Shown one piece after another: positions 1 through 9,061 of a stretch of DNA of 64,000 bases. A program made the position numbers and the translations under genes. The stretch lies in sequence record KJ019103.1; one strand, 5' to 3'. Within the stretch, counting starts at the first letter, position 1. Each line of letters begins with the position of its first letter. Below the pieces are notes generated by a model. It did not search any database. It saw only the letters and a list, made by a program, of their open reading frames with translations, and was not told the DNA's origin.

Positions 1-1
1 A

Positions 2-274
2 CTCAGAAGGGATTATCTTTCTAAGTTAGAACAAACCATCCCCTATTGGGATGAGATGAACGACAACCAACACGGAGCCCTGCTCAGTTTTGGGTATAAT
101 CTAGGAGCCGGTTTCTACGGAAGTCCTGATTTTAACACAATAACCCGTGTTTTGCGAGACAAAGAGTGGAATAAAGTCCCCGACGCGTTATACTTGTATC
201 GTAATCCAGGAACTCCTGTAGAGGAGGGTCTATCTAGACGACGGATTGCAGAAGGAGAACTTTGGGAGAGCTGA
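2..274 (+). CDS. Phage lysozyme/endolysin (GH24-like), 5'-truncated by the window edge
   Basis: Frame is open from position 2 (LRRDYLSKLEQTIPYWDEM...). C-terminal motifs ALLSFGYNLG and GLSRRRIAEGELW are typical of GH24 lysozymes. Confidence 0.8.
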   Translation, partial: LRRDYLSKLEQTIPYWDEMNDNQHGALLSFGYNLGAGFYGSPDFNTITRVLRDKEWNKVPDALYLYRNPGTPVEEGLSRRRIAEGELWES

Positions 275-694
275 ATGATTGCACTTGATATATTCTGTGA
301 CTGGTTCACTGGGAGATGGAACAACCGTGCTCAGGCACATTCCAACCCCAGAGGTCAGGCATATGTGATGGCTAGACATGATAGAATATCAGACACAGAG
401 TTTCGATGTGTTTATCACTACCATAGGGATAAGACCCCTTATAGGGACTTTACCCTGAATATCAACGGACACGATAGTGATATTATTCTGTCTGATAAGG
501 AAACCAGGTTAGTTTATTCTTTATATAACGGAGCGTATACCTGTCACTTTGATAAGATAATCAAAGGAAAAAGATATGTATTTGATTCTGTATTAGCGAA
601 TACTTTCTATAAACTTAATGATCAGTGTTTTGATGGAACCCGACTAGTTCGGGGTCTAGAAACCGGTGAGTTCTATGACTTTAGAAAGGAATAA
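275..694 (+). CDS. cpeT: CpeT/CpcT-like (T-type) phycobiliprotein lyase
   Basis: Motif pattern FCDWFTGRWNNRAQAHSNP...TPYR matches phage CpeT-like proteins. Confidence 0.7.
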   Translation: MIALDIFCDWFTGRWNNRAQAHSNPRGQAYVMARHDRISDTEFRCVYHYHRDKTPYRDFTLNINGHDSDIILSDKETRLVYSLYNGAYTCHFDKIIKGKRYVFDSVLANTFYKLNDQCFDGTRLVRGLETGEFYDFRKE

Positions 695-696
695 TA

Positions 697-882
697 TTAT
701 CTAATCCCCACCCACCATTCGCGAGCACAGTTTGCGATTTGTTCTGCGGTGGGGTTTTCTACGCGGATAATCTCAGAGCACTCATCTATCATTTCCTCTA
801 GATGTTTATTGCAGGTAGCGAGATCGTTCATTTGCTTGTGCCTTGATATTTTCGCAGTCATGAGAATACTAACAATGATCAC
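697..882 (-). CDS. Small hypothetical protein; the only plausible minus-strand gene in the window
   Basis: ORF fills an otherwise empty gap and is divergent from the 1023 gene. The true start may be the internal Met (MNDLATC...). Confidence 0.45.
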   Translation of the reverse strand: MIIVSILMTAKISRHKQMNDLATCNKHLEEMIDECSEIIRVENPTAEQIANCAREWWVGIR

Positions 883-1022
883 ATATAGAGTTATTTAGTT
901 CTCAGAGAACTCTCAGTTGTGAGAAATGTGTAATATGATATAATGTAAATATCTTCATATTTTCTTCATATACATAATGAAGAAACTATTAAGTTTCACA
1001 TTGTCGTTTGTAAATTAAAGTT

Positions 1023-1670
1023 TTGGATTCCAATAAGAGATCGATTATTAGAAAACTAGCAGCTATTGCTGCGATTGGCTTCGTGGGTATTCCCGCTGGA
1101 GCTGGTCTAATCCCTACTCTAGAACAGTTTCAAGAAGAAAATGGATATGGTACTGAGGAAGTAGTAGAGGATACAACTGAAGAGGTAGTAGAAGAAGAAG
1201 TAGCAATGACAAGGCGTTGGGTTCTCCCCAATGGAACACATAATGAGAAGATAGTACTCAGTGCCCTACAGGATAGGGGTATTACTGATAAAGTTGCTCT
1301 AGCAGTTGTTTTAGGTAACATCAAACAGGAGTCACGATTCCATTCCAACATCTGTGAGGGTGGTGCAAGGGTCAACTATCATGGTTGTAGATATGGTGGG
1401 TATGGTCTTATCCAATGGACTACTTCAGATAGATATAGAGGACTTGGACACTACGCTTCTAGGATTGGTGGTGATCCTTCCAGTGTAGAAACTCAGGTTG
1501 GATATATCTTCAGAGAGAGGCAGTGGTTAGACATTGAATCATCCCTCAAAAGAAATGGTCATAGTGTTGGTTACTACATGAATAGGGCATATTACTGGTT
1601 GGGATGGGGTCACCATGGAGCCAGAACCCACTACTCACATGACTATGCTGCTCGTCTCATCTTTAAATAA
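1023..1670 (+). CDS. Secreted/membrane-anchored cell-wall hydrolase (phage tail lysozyme 2-like)
   Basis: N-terminal hydrophobic segment, acidic linker, then VLGNIKQES...GGYGLIQWT lysozyme-like motifs. TTG start. Confidence 0.7.
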   Translation: MDSNKRSIIRKLAAIAAIGFVGIPAGAGLIPTLEQFQEENGYGTEEVVEDTTEEVVEEEVAMTRRWVLPNGTHNEKIVLSALQDRGITDKVALAVVLGNIKQESRFHSNICEGGARVNYHGCRYGGYGLIQWTTSDRYRGLGHYASRIGGDPSSVETQVGYIFRERQWLDIESSLKRNGHSVGYYMNRAYYWLGWGHHGARTHYSHDYAARLIFK

Positions 1671-1684
1671 ATAGATGAAACCCA

Positions 1685-2080
1685 ATGAAAGTCCCAGAGT
1701 TTAAAGTCAGTTTTCAGTTTGGTAAGAAGAAGAAAAACCCCCTACGTCTATACATTATAGGGGCAGTTTTGAGCTTTGTTATCGATATGATACATACTTT
1801 TATGAGGGTTCCCACAAAGGACCTCTGGGCTTTGGTTGACGAATTGGGAAAAGAGCTTAGAATAGAAGATATCAATGAGCTCGTTTTGAATAGTCCCGAA
1901 CTACTACAGGCTAGAATCGAACGAGAAGTTGATGGAGCTATTGAGGACCATCTTAAAGAAACAGGTCACAAAGACCCAGAGATTGAATCAGTATTTACTG
2001 AAACACTAAAGGGAGAAACCCCCTTAGGTGGTGAACTAAGAATCCGTGGTAAGTGGGTTCCTGAAAATAAGGAGGACTAA
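1685..2080 (+). CDS. Hypothetical protein with one transmembrane segment
   Basis: ORF in operon context; hydrophobic stretch LYIIGAVLSFVI. Confidence 0.6.
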   Translation: MKVPEFKVSFQFGKKKKNPLRLYIIGAVLSFVIDMIHTFMRVPTKDLWALVDELGKELRIEDINELVLNSPELLQARIEREVDGAIEDHLKETGHKDPEIESVFTETLKGETPLGGELRIRGKWVPENKED

Positions 2081-2241
2081 TGAAACGACACAACAAAGTG
2101 ATGCACCTTATCCGTGAGTCTCTTCGTAACCCAGAAGCATATTCTGAGGAAGAGATTACATATATGAGAGAGCAACTCAAACTACTGGAGGGTGAGAAGG
2201 AAACTATTAAACGGGAGAAGAATCGTGGATTTGGATCTTAA
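2080..2241 (+). CDS. Small hypothetical protein (53 aa, ends RGFGS); not in the ORF track
   Basis: ATG overlaps the upstream TAA (TAATG) with GGAGG upstream; translation is MKRHNKVMHLIRESLRNPEAYSEEE... Confidence 0.6.
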   Translation: MKRHNKVMHLIRESLRNPEAYSEEEITYMREQLKLLEGEKETIKREKNRGFGS

Positions 2242-2671
2242 ATTCATTGGAGATGAGTGTCTTAGGAAACCATCAGTAAATGTTGAAGATATCACAGAGG
2301 ATGTGGTAACTTTATCCAAGGCAATGAAACAGAAGATGGTTGAGTGTAATGGTATTGGTCTAGCAGCCCCACAGGTTGGTAGGAATATCAGACTTATAGT
2401 TGTGCGACTAATGTGTGGTATGACTGTGGAGATGATTAATCCACGCATCAGTTGGACTTCTGATGACAGATGCATACTTGATGAAGGTTGTCTTAGTATC
2501 CCTGGAAAAACACACCCTGTTGAGAGGTATAAATCCATCAGAGTTAAATTTCAGGACATTACAGGACAACATAAATATTGGAAATTATCTAAGATGGACG
2601 CACGAGTGGTTCTACATGAGTATGATCATTTGGAAGGTTTATTGATGGTTGATTACCAGAAGACTGGTTAA
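2192..2671 (+). CDS. def: Peptide deformylase (probable start GTG 2225)
   Basis: All three PDF motifs are present: GIGLAAPQVG, EGCLS and HEYDHLEG. Confidence 0.95.
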   Translation: MRRKLLNGRRIVDLDLKFIGDECLRKPSVNVEDITEDVVTLSKAMKQKMVECNGIGLAAPQVGRNIRLIVVRLMCGMTVEMINPRISWTSDDRCILDEGCLSIPGKTHPVERYKSIRVKFQDITGQHKYWKLSKMDARVVLHEYDHLEGLLMVDYQKTG

Positions 2672-2879
2672 CTTTATAGTATTAACAATGATTATGAAAA
2701 CGAAGAGAGAGCGTCTTGAAGATGTCATTATGGAATATCTAGATGAAGAATACTCGTCTCGACGTATCTACGAAGAATTCTTATCAGTAATGATGAATGA
2801 ATGTCAAGGTAGGGAGGAGGCATCTAAGAAAGCCTTAGAACTTAGAGACTTGATGTTAGGTGATAGACCTGTATTTTAA
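2649..2879 (+). CDS. Hypothetical protein
   Basis: ORF in operon context; the start is probably a downstream Met. Confidence 0.55.
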   Translation: MITRRLVNFIVLTMIMKTKRERLEDVIMEYLDEEYSSRRIYEEFLSVMMNECQGREEASKKALELRDLMLGDRPVF

Positions 2880-2897
2880 CAAAGGAGATTATCAATT

Positions 2898-3209
2898 ATG
2901 ACTAAAGAAGTTAGCGATTTGAAACTCACACGACTTGAGTGTGTGAAGTGTGGCGCCACTTGGATCAATGGTAATCATGTATGGAAGACTGGTAATACTG
3001 GAAGTGAAACCGATCTAGCTGGGTTAGTTTGCAATAAACTAGGTGATGACGATTGCATCAACCCCCTAAGGGGTGCTGAGACAGGTGACACTTGGGAACA
3101 ACGCCTTGGTGACCTGGATACTGGATTCAATGCAAGGAGAGAGCGTCTAGAAGACCAGAGAGCAAGGTTCAAAGAACAATATGGGGAAGACCCTCACTTT
3201 GATGACTGA
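2898..3209 (+). CDS. Hypothetical protein with CxxC (CVKC)
   Basis: AAGGAG RBS upstream; CVKCG...W motif. Confidence 0.65.
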   Translation: MTKEVSDLKLTRLECVKCGATWINGNHVWKTGNTGSETDLAGLVCNKLGDDDCINPLRGAETGDTWEQRLGDLDTGFNARRERLEDQRARFKEQYGEDPHFDD

Positions 3210-3248
3210 TGGGAAATGAAGCGATTAAATAACCCTAATCGCTTCATC

Positions 3249-3292
3249 AAGTGGCACACCCCCCTAGGCAAACCTATGGGGATGCGTTATAA
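3249..3292 (+). promoter_or_regulatory. Sigma70-type promoter: TAGGCA-17bp-TATAAT with upstream AAGTGGCAC box
   Basis: -35 at 3264-3269, -10 at 3287-3292. Confidence 0.65.
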
Positions 3293-3315
3293 TATGAAGG
3301 TAATCAACCAGAGAG

Positions 3316-3531
3316 ATGACACAGCTTAAAACAAAGTTCCGCAGGTATATCGGTGTTCTCACTGAAGCCGTATCTCGTTCCATCGAGTTAGACTACTCAC
3401 AACCCAAACTCTATAAGAAGGTCCGAAGGTTCTATGAGGAACAGGGAGTCTCCTTCACTGGAGACGAGGTAGATGACTACCAAATTGTTATGGATTGTTT
3501 AACTGAAGATCTAGTAAAGGAGCCAGTATGA
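3316..3531 (+). CDS. Hypothetical protein
   Basis: ORF directly after the promoter; overlaps the next gene by 4 nt. Confidence 0.65.
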   Translation: MTQLKTKFRRYIGVLTEAVSRSIELDYSQPKLYKKVRRFYEEQGVSFTGDEVDDYQIVMDCLTEDLVKEPV

Positions 3532-3764
3532 AGACTATTCTTGAGAGAGAAGGTTTCCGTTTCATTGAGAAAGGTATTATTGAACTCAATGGAATGCCAG
3601 ACTACCGACTACAGAAACAAGATCACTATTCCCAACGATGGAATGATGTTTATCTCTTCGATAACAAGATGCAGTGTCTAACTGCTATGGAAGATATCGA
3701 ATATTGTAAGTGGTTGTGTGGAGAACCCTGTTATGTTCGTGATGTTGTTGGTTCCTATTCATAG
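3528..3764 (+). CDS. Hypothetical protein
   Basis: Translationally coupled ORF (ATGA overlap). Confidence 0.65.
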   Translation: MKTILEREGFRFIEKGIIELNGMPDYRLQKQDHYSQRWNDVYLFDNKMQCLTAMEDIEYCKWLCGEPCYVRDVVGSYS

Positions 3765-3995
3765 ATGAGAACTACATCCTTCCTAAGGTATCTTGGAAAT
3801 ACCTTACTAGTGTTGGGTCATTTCACACTCCTTTGGGGGGATACACAGACCGCCTTGACTATCAAAATCATAGGTGGTCTTTCTTTGTTACCCTTTGCCA
3901 TCTCCTGGAAGTTGTGGGATGTTGTGGCACTTGAGTTAATATTTGGAGGTATGGATGTAACCAAGTTCATCCAGTTACTATTCAGCAACTCCTAG
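3765..3995 (+). CDS. Small membrane protein
   Basis: Hydrophobic, Trp-rich ORF abutting the previous stop codon. Confidence 0.55.
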   Translation: MRTTSFLRYLGNTLLVLGHFTLLWGDTQTALTIKIIGGLSLLPFAISWKLWDVVALELIFGGMDVTKFIQLLFSNS

Positions 3996-4029
3996 CACCA
4001 TAGGGTTTCTTTATTCCCTTACAAAGATG

Positions 4030-4073
4030 AAGTGGCGCACCTGATTGGCAAACCCAAAAATATGTGTTATACT
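4030..4073 (+). promoter_or_regulatory. Promoter TTGGCA-17bp-TATACT (extended -10 TG) with AAGTGGCGC box
   Basis: -35 at 4045-4050, TGT-TATACT at 4065-4073. Confidence 0.65.
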
Positions 4074-4078
4074 GGGTA

Positions 4079-4164
4079 GGTATTGGTAGCGTTTTCAGGG
4101 GTGAATAAACTACCAATACCAATCTAAACTCATAGAAAACCACTCCTCATGGGGTGGTTTTTTT
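4079..4164 (+). ncRNA. Candidate ~85-nt small RNA (long 5' hairpin plus terminator)
   Basis: Lies between a promoter and an intrinsic terminator with no ORF; 11-bp perfect stem ggtattggtag/ctaccaatacc. Confidence 0.45.
4136..4164 (+). terminator. Rho-independent terminator
   Basis: aaaaccactcc-tcat-ggggtggttttttt. Confidence 0.75.
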
Positions 4165-4186
4165 GTGCGCGTATAACTAGTGTAAC

Positions 4187-4495
4187 TTGGGTTACATTAT
4201 GAAAGCCGACGCACAACTAGAACACCACGCCAATTGTTGGAATGCTATTCGAAATAATGATAAGGAATACTTTAAGATAGGAGTTGGTGTTTATAAAACT
4301 ATCAACGCTGATAGGGAATACTATATCAATAGTCGTATTGAAACTGATAAGAATAGTGATATATCAGAGATGGATCAAGTGAAAGAAGCCCACTCCAAAC
4401 ACTTAAGTTATTTTATTGGATACAAATCAGAAGTAACAGTTGAAGCTATCAGTAGTGATTGGAAATCTACCCTATACCGGGTTACTACCTGCTAG
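4187..4495 (+). CDS. Hypothetical protein (probable start ATG 4199)
   Basis: ORF after a TATAAC -10-like element. Confidence 0.55.
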   Translation: MGYIMKADAQLEHHANCWNAIRNNDKEYFKIGVGVYKTINADREYYINSRIETDKNSDISEMDQVKEAHSKHLSYFIGYKSEVTVEAISSDWKSTLYRVTTC

Positions 4496-4527
4496 GGTGT
4501 GTTATAATAGATGAAATGCATGTTGTG

Positions 4528-5526
4528 ATGAAAGCTTTAATCTCTGGTATAACTGGGCAGGATGGATCCTATCTTGCTGAACTTCTACTGAAGAAGGGGT
4601 ATGAAGTCCATGGTATTATTCGTAGAACCTCCTCGTTTAATACAGGAAGAATCGATCATATCTTCGATCAGTTACACCTCCACTACGGGGATTTGACTGA
4701 CTCCCTGAACATAGTCTCTATCATTAAGGAAGTAGAACCTGATGAGATCTACAACCTAGGGGCACAGAGTCATGTGAAAGTATCTTTCGAGGAACCTGAA
4801 TATACAGCACAGACTGATGCTCTGGGGACCCTAAGAGTATTGGAGGCAGTTCGTCTCCTAGGTATGACAGATAAGGTTCGTATCTACCAGGCATCCACTA
4901 GTGAGTTGTATGGGTTGGTACAAGAGACACCCCAGAAAGAAACAACACCTTTCTACCCACGATCTCCATATGGTGTAGCTAAACTCTATGGATATTGGAT
5001 TGTAAAGAACTATCGTGAGAGTTATGGGATGCACGCCAGTAGTGGTATTCTATTCAACCATGAGTCACCACGACGGGGTGAGACTTTCGTAACCCGTAAG
5101 ATTACTAGGGGACTATCCCGTATTAGTACAGGACTACAGGATTGTCTATACCTAGGTAATCTAAACTCAAGACGAGATTGGGGTCATGCTGAAGACTATG
5201 TGGAGGCTATGTGGTTGATGTTACAACAGGAAACTCCTGATGACTATGTGATTGCCACAGGTAAAGAGTATTCAGTGAAGGACTTTGTAGAGGCATCTGC
5301 TGAATACTTTGGTATGAAGATTGAGTGGCAGGGTGAAGGATTGGATGAAGTGGGTATAGATAGATTTACAAAGAAGGTTGTCGTTCGTGTGAGTGACAAA
5401 TACTTCAGACCAGCAGAGGTTGAAACTCTCTGGGGTGATCCCACTAAGGCTAAAGAGGTATTGGGTTGGAAACCTAATCATACCTTTGCTTCCCTAGTAG
5501 AAGATATGTGTATCTACGGTCAGTAA
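4528..5526 (+). CDS. gmd: GDP-mannose 4,6-dehydratase
   Basis: [39 protein letters not shown] and [18 protein letters not shown]. Start placed at MKALI after the TGTTATAAT promoter. Confidence 0.97.
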   Translation: MKALISGITGQDGSYLAELLLKKGYEVHGIIRRTSSFNTGRIDHIFDQLHLHYGDLTDSLNIVSIIKEVEPDEIYNLGAQSHVKVSFEEPEYTAQTDALGTLRVLEAVRLLGMTDKVRIYQASTSELYGLVQETPQKETTPFYPRSPYGVAKLYGYWIVKNYRESYGMHASSGILFNHESPRRGETFVTRKITRGLSRISTGLQDCLYLGNLNSRRDWGHAEDYVEAMWLMLQQETPDDYVIATGKEYSVKDFVEASAEYFGMKIEWQGEGLDEVGIDRFTKKVVVRVSDKYFRPAEVETLWGDPTKAKEVLGWKPNHTFASLVEDMCIYGQ

Positions 5527-5528
5527 TT

Positions 5529-6455
5529 ATGGAAAAAGGTGCAACGGTAGCAGTATTTGGTTCGGGTGGATTGGCTGGAAGTGCCATCACCAGGGCACTC
5601 AGGTGTTCTTTTGGGGGGTATAAGATTCTTACTCCTAGGAGTAAAGAACTAGACCTAAGAGAACAAGCAGATGTTCGTAGTTGGTTTAAGCATAACAAAG
5701 TTGATTATGTATTCTTAGCTGCTGCCTTAGTTGGTGGTATCATGGCTAACAAGACTAGAAAGGCAGAGTTCTTACATGACAATCTAATGATGCAGTGTAA
5801 TGTAATTGACTCTGCATACTATAGTGGAGTGAAGAAACTTCTATTCCTAGGTACTTCTTGTATCTATCCAGCAGGAAGGCACCATCCACTAGTGGAACAT
5901 GAACTACTCACAGGACTATTAGAACCAACCAATGACGCATACGCAATCGCAAAGATCGCAGGGATCAAACAATGTGACTTCTACCGAGAACAATATGGAT
6001 TTGATGCTATCTCTATCATGCCTCCTAATCTATATGGTCCTGGAGATAATTTCAATGAGGGATCAGGACATGTCCTCGCCTCATTGATGAATAGGTTTCA
6101 CCTAGCGAAGGAAGCAGGTGCATCTAGAGTTGAATGTTGGGGTGATGGGACACCTATGAGGGAGTTCCTATATGTGGATGACTTAGCAGATGCTTCCTTA
6201 TACTTTATGGATAGTTATAGTGAGTCTGGGCACATTAATACTGGGACTGGTAGGGATGTAACTATCAAACAACTAGCGGAGACTATTGCTGATGTAGTTG
6301 GATACAAAGGTGAGATAGGTTGGGATACAACTAAACCCAACGGAAACCCAAGGAAACTACTTGACAGCAGTAGGGCAAACCTGTTAGGATGGGAACCCAA
6401 GGTTAAATTTGAAGACGGAATCAAACTCACATACAACTGGTATCTAGCACAATGA
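5529..6455 (+). CDS. fcl: GDP-L-fucose synthase / ColC-like GDP-4-keto-deoxysugar epimerase-reductase
   Basis: GSGGLAGSA, LAAALVGGIMAN, FLGTSCIYP, YAIAKIAG and WGDGTPMREFLYVDDLA. Confidence 0.9.
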   Translation: MEKGATVAVFGSGGLAGSAITRALRCSFGGYKILTPRSKELDLREQADVRSWFKHNKVDYVFLAAALVGGIMANKTRKAEFLHDNLMMQCNVIDSAYYSGVKKLLFLGTSCIYPAGRHHPLVEHELLTGLLEPTNDAYAIAKIAGIKQCDFYREQYGFDAISIMPPNLYGPGDNFNEGSGHVLASLMNRFHLAKEAGASRVECWGDGTPMREFLYVDDLADASLYFMDSYSESGHINTGTGRDVTIKQLAETIADVVGYKGEIGWDTTKPNGNPRKLLDSSRANLLGWEPKVKFEDGIKLTYNWYLAQ

Positions 6456-7645
6456 CAAAGATTACAAATGGATATACGTGGCCTCTTATGAAGGACACTG
6501 TGACCAAGAGAGATAGGTTGAGGATGGCAAAGTTTATCCTCACCAGTGATAGACTAACACAAGGTAAAGAAGTTCGTAAGTTTGAGGAGCAGTGGAGTGA
6601 GTGGCTTGGAGTTAAACATTCTCTTTTTGTTAGCAGTGGCAGTACCGCTAACCTACTTCTTGTGTCTGCTTGGAAGGAATTATACGAGATCCCAGACCAG
6701 TCGAAAGTAATTGTACCTGCTTGTACTTGGGTAACTAATGTTGCTCCTATCATTCAGTGTGGTTTGACTCCAATCTTTTGTGACATCAACTTAGAAGACT
6801 ACTCCTTTGATCTGGATAAACTACAGGATATTCGTGATGAATATCACGATGACATCAGAGGTATCTTTGTTACTCACCTCCTAGGATTTCCTGCTAATGT
6901 GGAAAAGTTTCGTGATGTTTTCCCCGACGCTCATATTCTAGAAGATGTATGTGAGAGTCACGGAGCAGTCCTCCCTAGTGGTGATAAGGCGGGAACCTTT
7001 GATGTTGGTGGCACATTTAGTTTCTACTTTGGGCACCACATGACTACCATTGAAGGTGGTATGGTGAGTACTAATGATCCAGAACTCTATGATCTAATGA
7101 GAATGAAGCGTTCTCATGGGTTAGCGAGAGAATCACTATACTTTGAAACATACAAAGAGAAGTATCCTGATGTAAATCCACAGTTTCTCTTCGTTACTGA
7201 GGGATATAACTTCCGTAATACTGATCTAGCTGCTGTATTAGGACAGTCTCAACTGAAGAGACTAGACAGTATGATTGGGATTCGTAACAGGAACTATGAG
7301 TTATACCAACAATTACTAAAGAAACACGAACATGACCTTACACATGAGTATGGTGGTTCTTTCTATATCCCCTCCACACAGGGGGATGTAAGTAGTTTCT
7401 GTTTTCCATTTGTAGTTGATAATATGCACTGCTATCTTAAGTTAAAAGAACTTCTAGAAGAATACTATGTTGAGTATCGACCTATTGTGAGTGGTAACCT
7501 CCTACGACAACCATTCTTGAGAGAATATTCTGCTGAGTGTCCCAAGGCAGATATAGCCCATGAAAAGGGACTATATATTGGGAATAATCACTTTGTAGAT
7601 GAGTCTAACTTTCACATGCTAGATGAGATTTTGAGCCAACTTTGA
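6452..7645 (+). CDS. colD: PLP-dependent GDP-4-keto-6-deoxymannose 3-dehydratase (ColD/WbdK-like, DegT family)
   Basis: VSSGSTANLL, LEDVCES and GTFSFYFGHHMTTIEGG, with His at the position of the usual Schiff-base Lys. Confidence 0.75.
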   Translation: MTKITNGYTWPLMKDTVTKRDRLRMAKFILTSDRLTQGKEVRKFEEQWSEWLGVKHSLFVSSGSTANLLLVSAWKELYEIPDQSKVIVPACTWVTNVAPIIQCGLTPIFCDINLEDYSFDLDKLQDIRDEYHDDIRGIFVTHLLGFPANVEKFRDVFPDAHILEDVCESHGAVLPSGDKAGTFDVGGTFSFYFGHHMTTIEGGMVSTNDPELYDLMRMKRSHGLARESLYFETYKEKYPDVNPQFLFVTEGYNFRNTDLAAVLGQSQLKRLDSMIGIRNRNYELYQQLLKKHEHDLTHEYGGSFYIPSTQGDVSSFCFPFVVDNMHCYLKLKELLEEYYVEYRPIVSGNLLRQPFLREYSAECPKADIAHEKGLYIGNNHFVDESNFHMLDEILSQL

Positions 7646-7646
7646 T

Positions 7647-8441
7647 ATGACATTTTCATTTAATCATATGGGCAACTTGGGGCATCTGGGAAACCAGATG
7701 TTTCAGTATGCCGCACTCATTGGTATGGGGGCTAAGCATGGGAGGAGTATTTGTATCCCCCATAAACAAAGTTTTGGGCAATCATACTACCAGGATCTTC
7801 GTAGTAATATCTACGATGCTTTCAACCTCTCACCCAATGGTGTAGGTATCAGTAGGTTCCCCACAGTTCAGGAAGGTAGTTTCCACTTTGATGAAAACTT
7901 ATTTGAAAACCCACCAGAGGAGAACTGTAACCTCTATGGATTCTTCCAGAGTGAAAAGTGGTTCTCACATATCAAAGAAGGTATTAGGAAAGAGTTCACT
8001 CTAAAGGATGAGTACCGGGAAGTGGCACAACTGATGAGAGACCAACTCTCCGGTCAGGTTGTTGCTATTCATGTTCGTAGAACTGATTACCTATCCAATC
8101 CAAACCACGGAGCATTGGGGTTAGACTACTATGAGAAGGCGCTAGAGTTAGTTCCTAATAACCTCACAGTAGTTGTATTCACTGATGATCCAGAGTGGGC
8201 TAAAGAACAACCACTCTTCCCAGATGATAGGTTCTTTGTATCAGAGACAGACTGTCCCTATACAGACCTTGCTCTTATGAGTATGTGTGATTATCATATT
8301 ATCGCCAACAGTTCATACTCTTGGTGGGGTGCATACTTATCTGATAGTAAGAAAGTAATTGCTCCTAAACAGTGGTTTGGGGAACCACTTAAAACAAATA
8401 ACCTGAAAGATCTTTATTGTGATGGGTGGGTGAAACTATGA
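7647..8441 (+). CDS. GT11 alpha-1,2-fucosyl/colitosyltransferase
   Basis: GHLGNQMFQYA, YGFFQSEKWF, AIHVRRTDY and IIANSSYSWWGAYL are GT11 motifs. Confidence 0.92.
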   Translation: MTFSFNHMGNLGHLGNQMFQYAALIGMGAKHGRSICIPHKQSFGQSYYQDLRSNIYDAFNLSPNGVGISRFPTVQEGSFHFDENLFENPPEENCNLYGFFQSEKWFSHIKEGIRKEFTLKDEYREVAQLMRDQLSGQVVAIHVRRTDYLSNPNHGALGLDYYEKALELVPNNLTVVVFTDDPEWAKEQPLFPDDRFFVSETDCPYTDLALMSMCDYHIIANSSYSWWGAYLSDSKKVIAPKQWFGEPLKTNNLKDLYCDGWVKL

Positions 8442-9061
8442 GTAACTTTGCAAGTGCTAAACAGTTTATCAAGAATGGTATTGATACACAACAGGAGTCT
8501 ATCTCTGGTGGTGGCAGCACTATGGCTTCCACAGTTGCCTTCAGATACTTCCTACCAAAGTATATCAAACAGTATGGTATTGAGAGTATCTTAGACATTG
8601 GGTGTGGTGACTGGCATTGGATGTCTACTATCAGAGAAGAGTTTCCTGATGTAGACTATGAGGGATGGGATGCCTCTGAGGATATGATTAATCCCATGAC
8701 TGAGAAGTATGGAACAGAGAATACCAGGTTTGAGGTAAAGGATATCATTGATAACAAGTATCCCAAAGTGGATTTGGTTATCGCTCGTGATGTTCTATTC
8801 CACCTCAAAGAAGATTACCTAAAGAAGGTTCTCAAGAATATCAGTAAGGCAGGTGTGAAGTATCTACTAGCAACTACCTTCCCAGGTTTACCTAAGAACG
8901 AAGAACTCACTCCTAAGAAATATGACGGTTGGGGATTCAGACCAATCAATCTGGATATCGAGCCTTATAATATGAAAGATTATTGTATCAATGATTTCAA
9001 GGAAACCACAGCCCCCAACAGGGGGTATCATCGTCATGTGTATTTGTATGAGGTAAAATGA
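8438..9061 (+). CDS. Class I SAM-dependent methyltransferase
   Basis: SGGGST..., ILDIGCGDWHW and DLVIARDVLFHL. Confidence 0.85.
   Translation: MSNFASAKQFIKNGIDTQQESISGGGSTMASTVAFRYFLPKYIKQYGIESILDIGCGDWHWMSTIREEFPDVDYEGWDASEDMINPMTEKYGTENTRFEVKDIIDNKYPKVDLVIARDVLFHLKEDYLKKVLKNISKAGVKYLLATTFPGLPKNEELTPKKYDGWGFRPINLDIEPYNMKDYCINDFKETTAPNRGYHRHVYLYEVK

Noticed and set aside
4459-4527. Extended N-termini given by the ORF track for gmd (and similarly fcl, talC and hli 14430)
   Set aside because: Homology begins at downstream Met codons, and the extensions overlap promoters or upstream genes.
6452-7645. Perosamine synthase/aminotransferase or DdhC (E1) call
   Set aside because: The catalytic Lys is replaced by His (FGHH), which argues against an aminotransferase. 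The Cys cluster for the E1 Fe-S centre is not evident and the context is GDP-sugar, so ColD is preferred.
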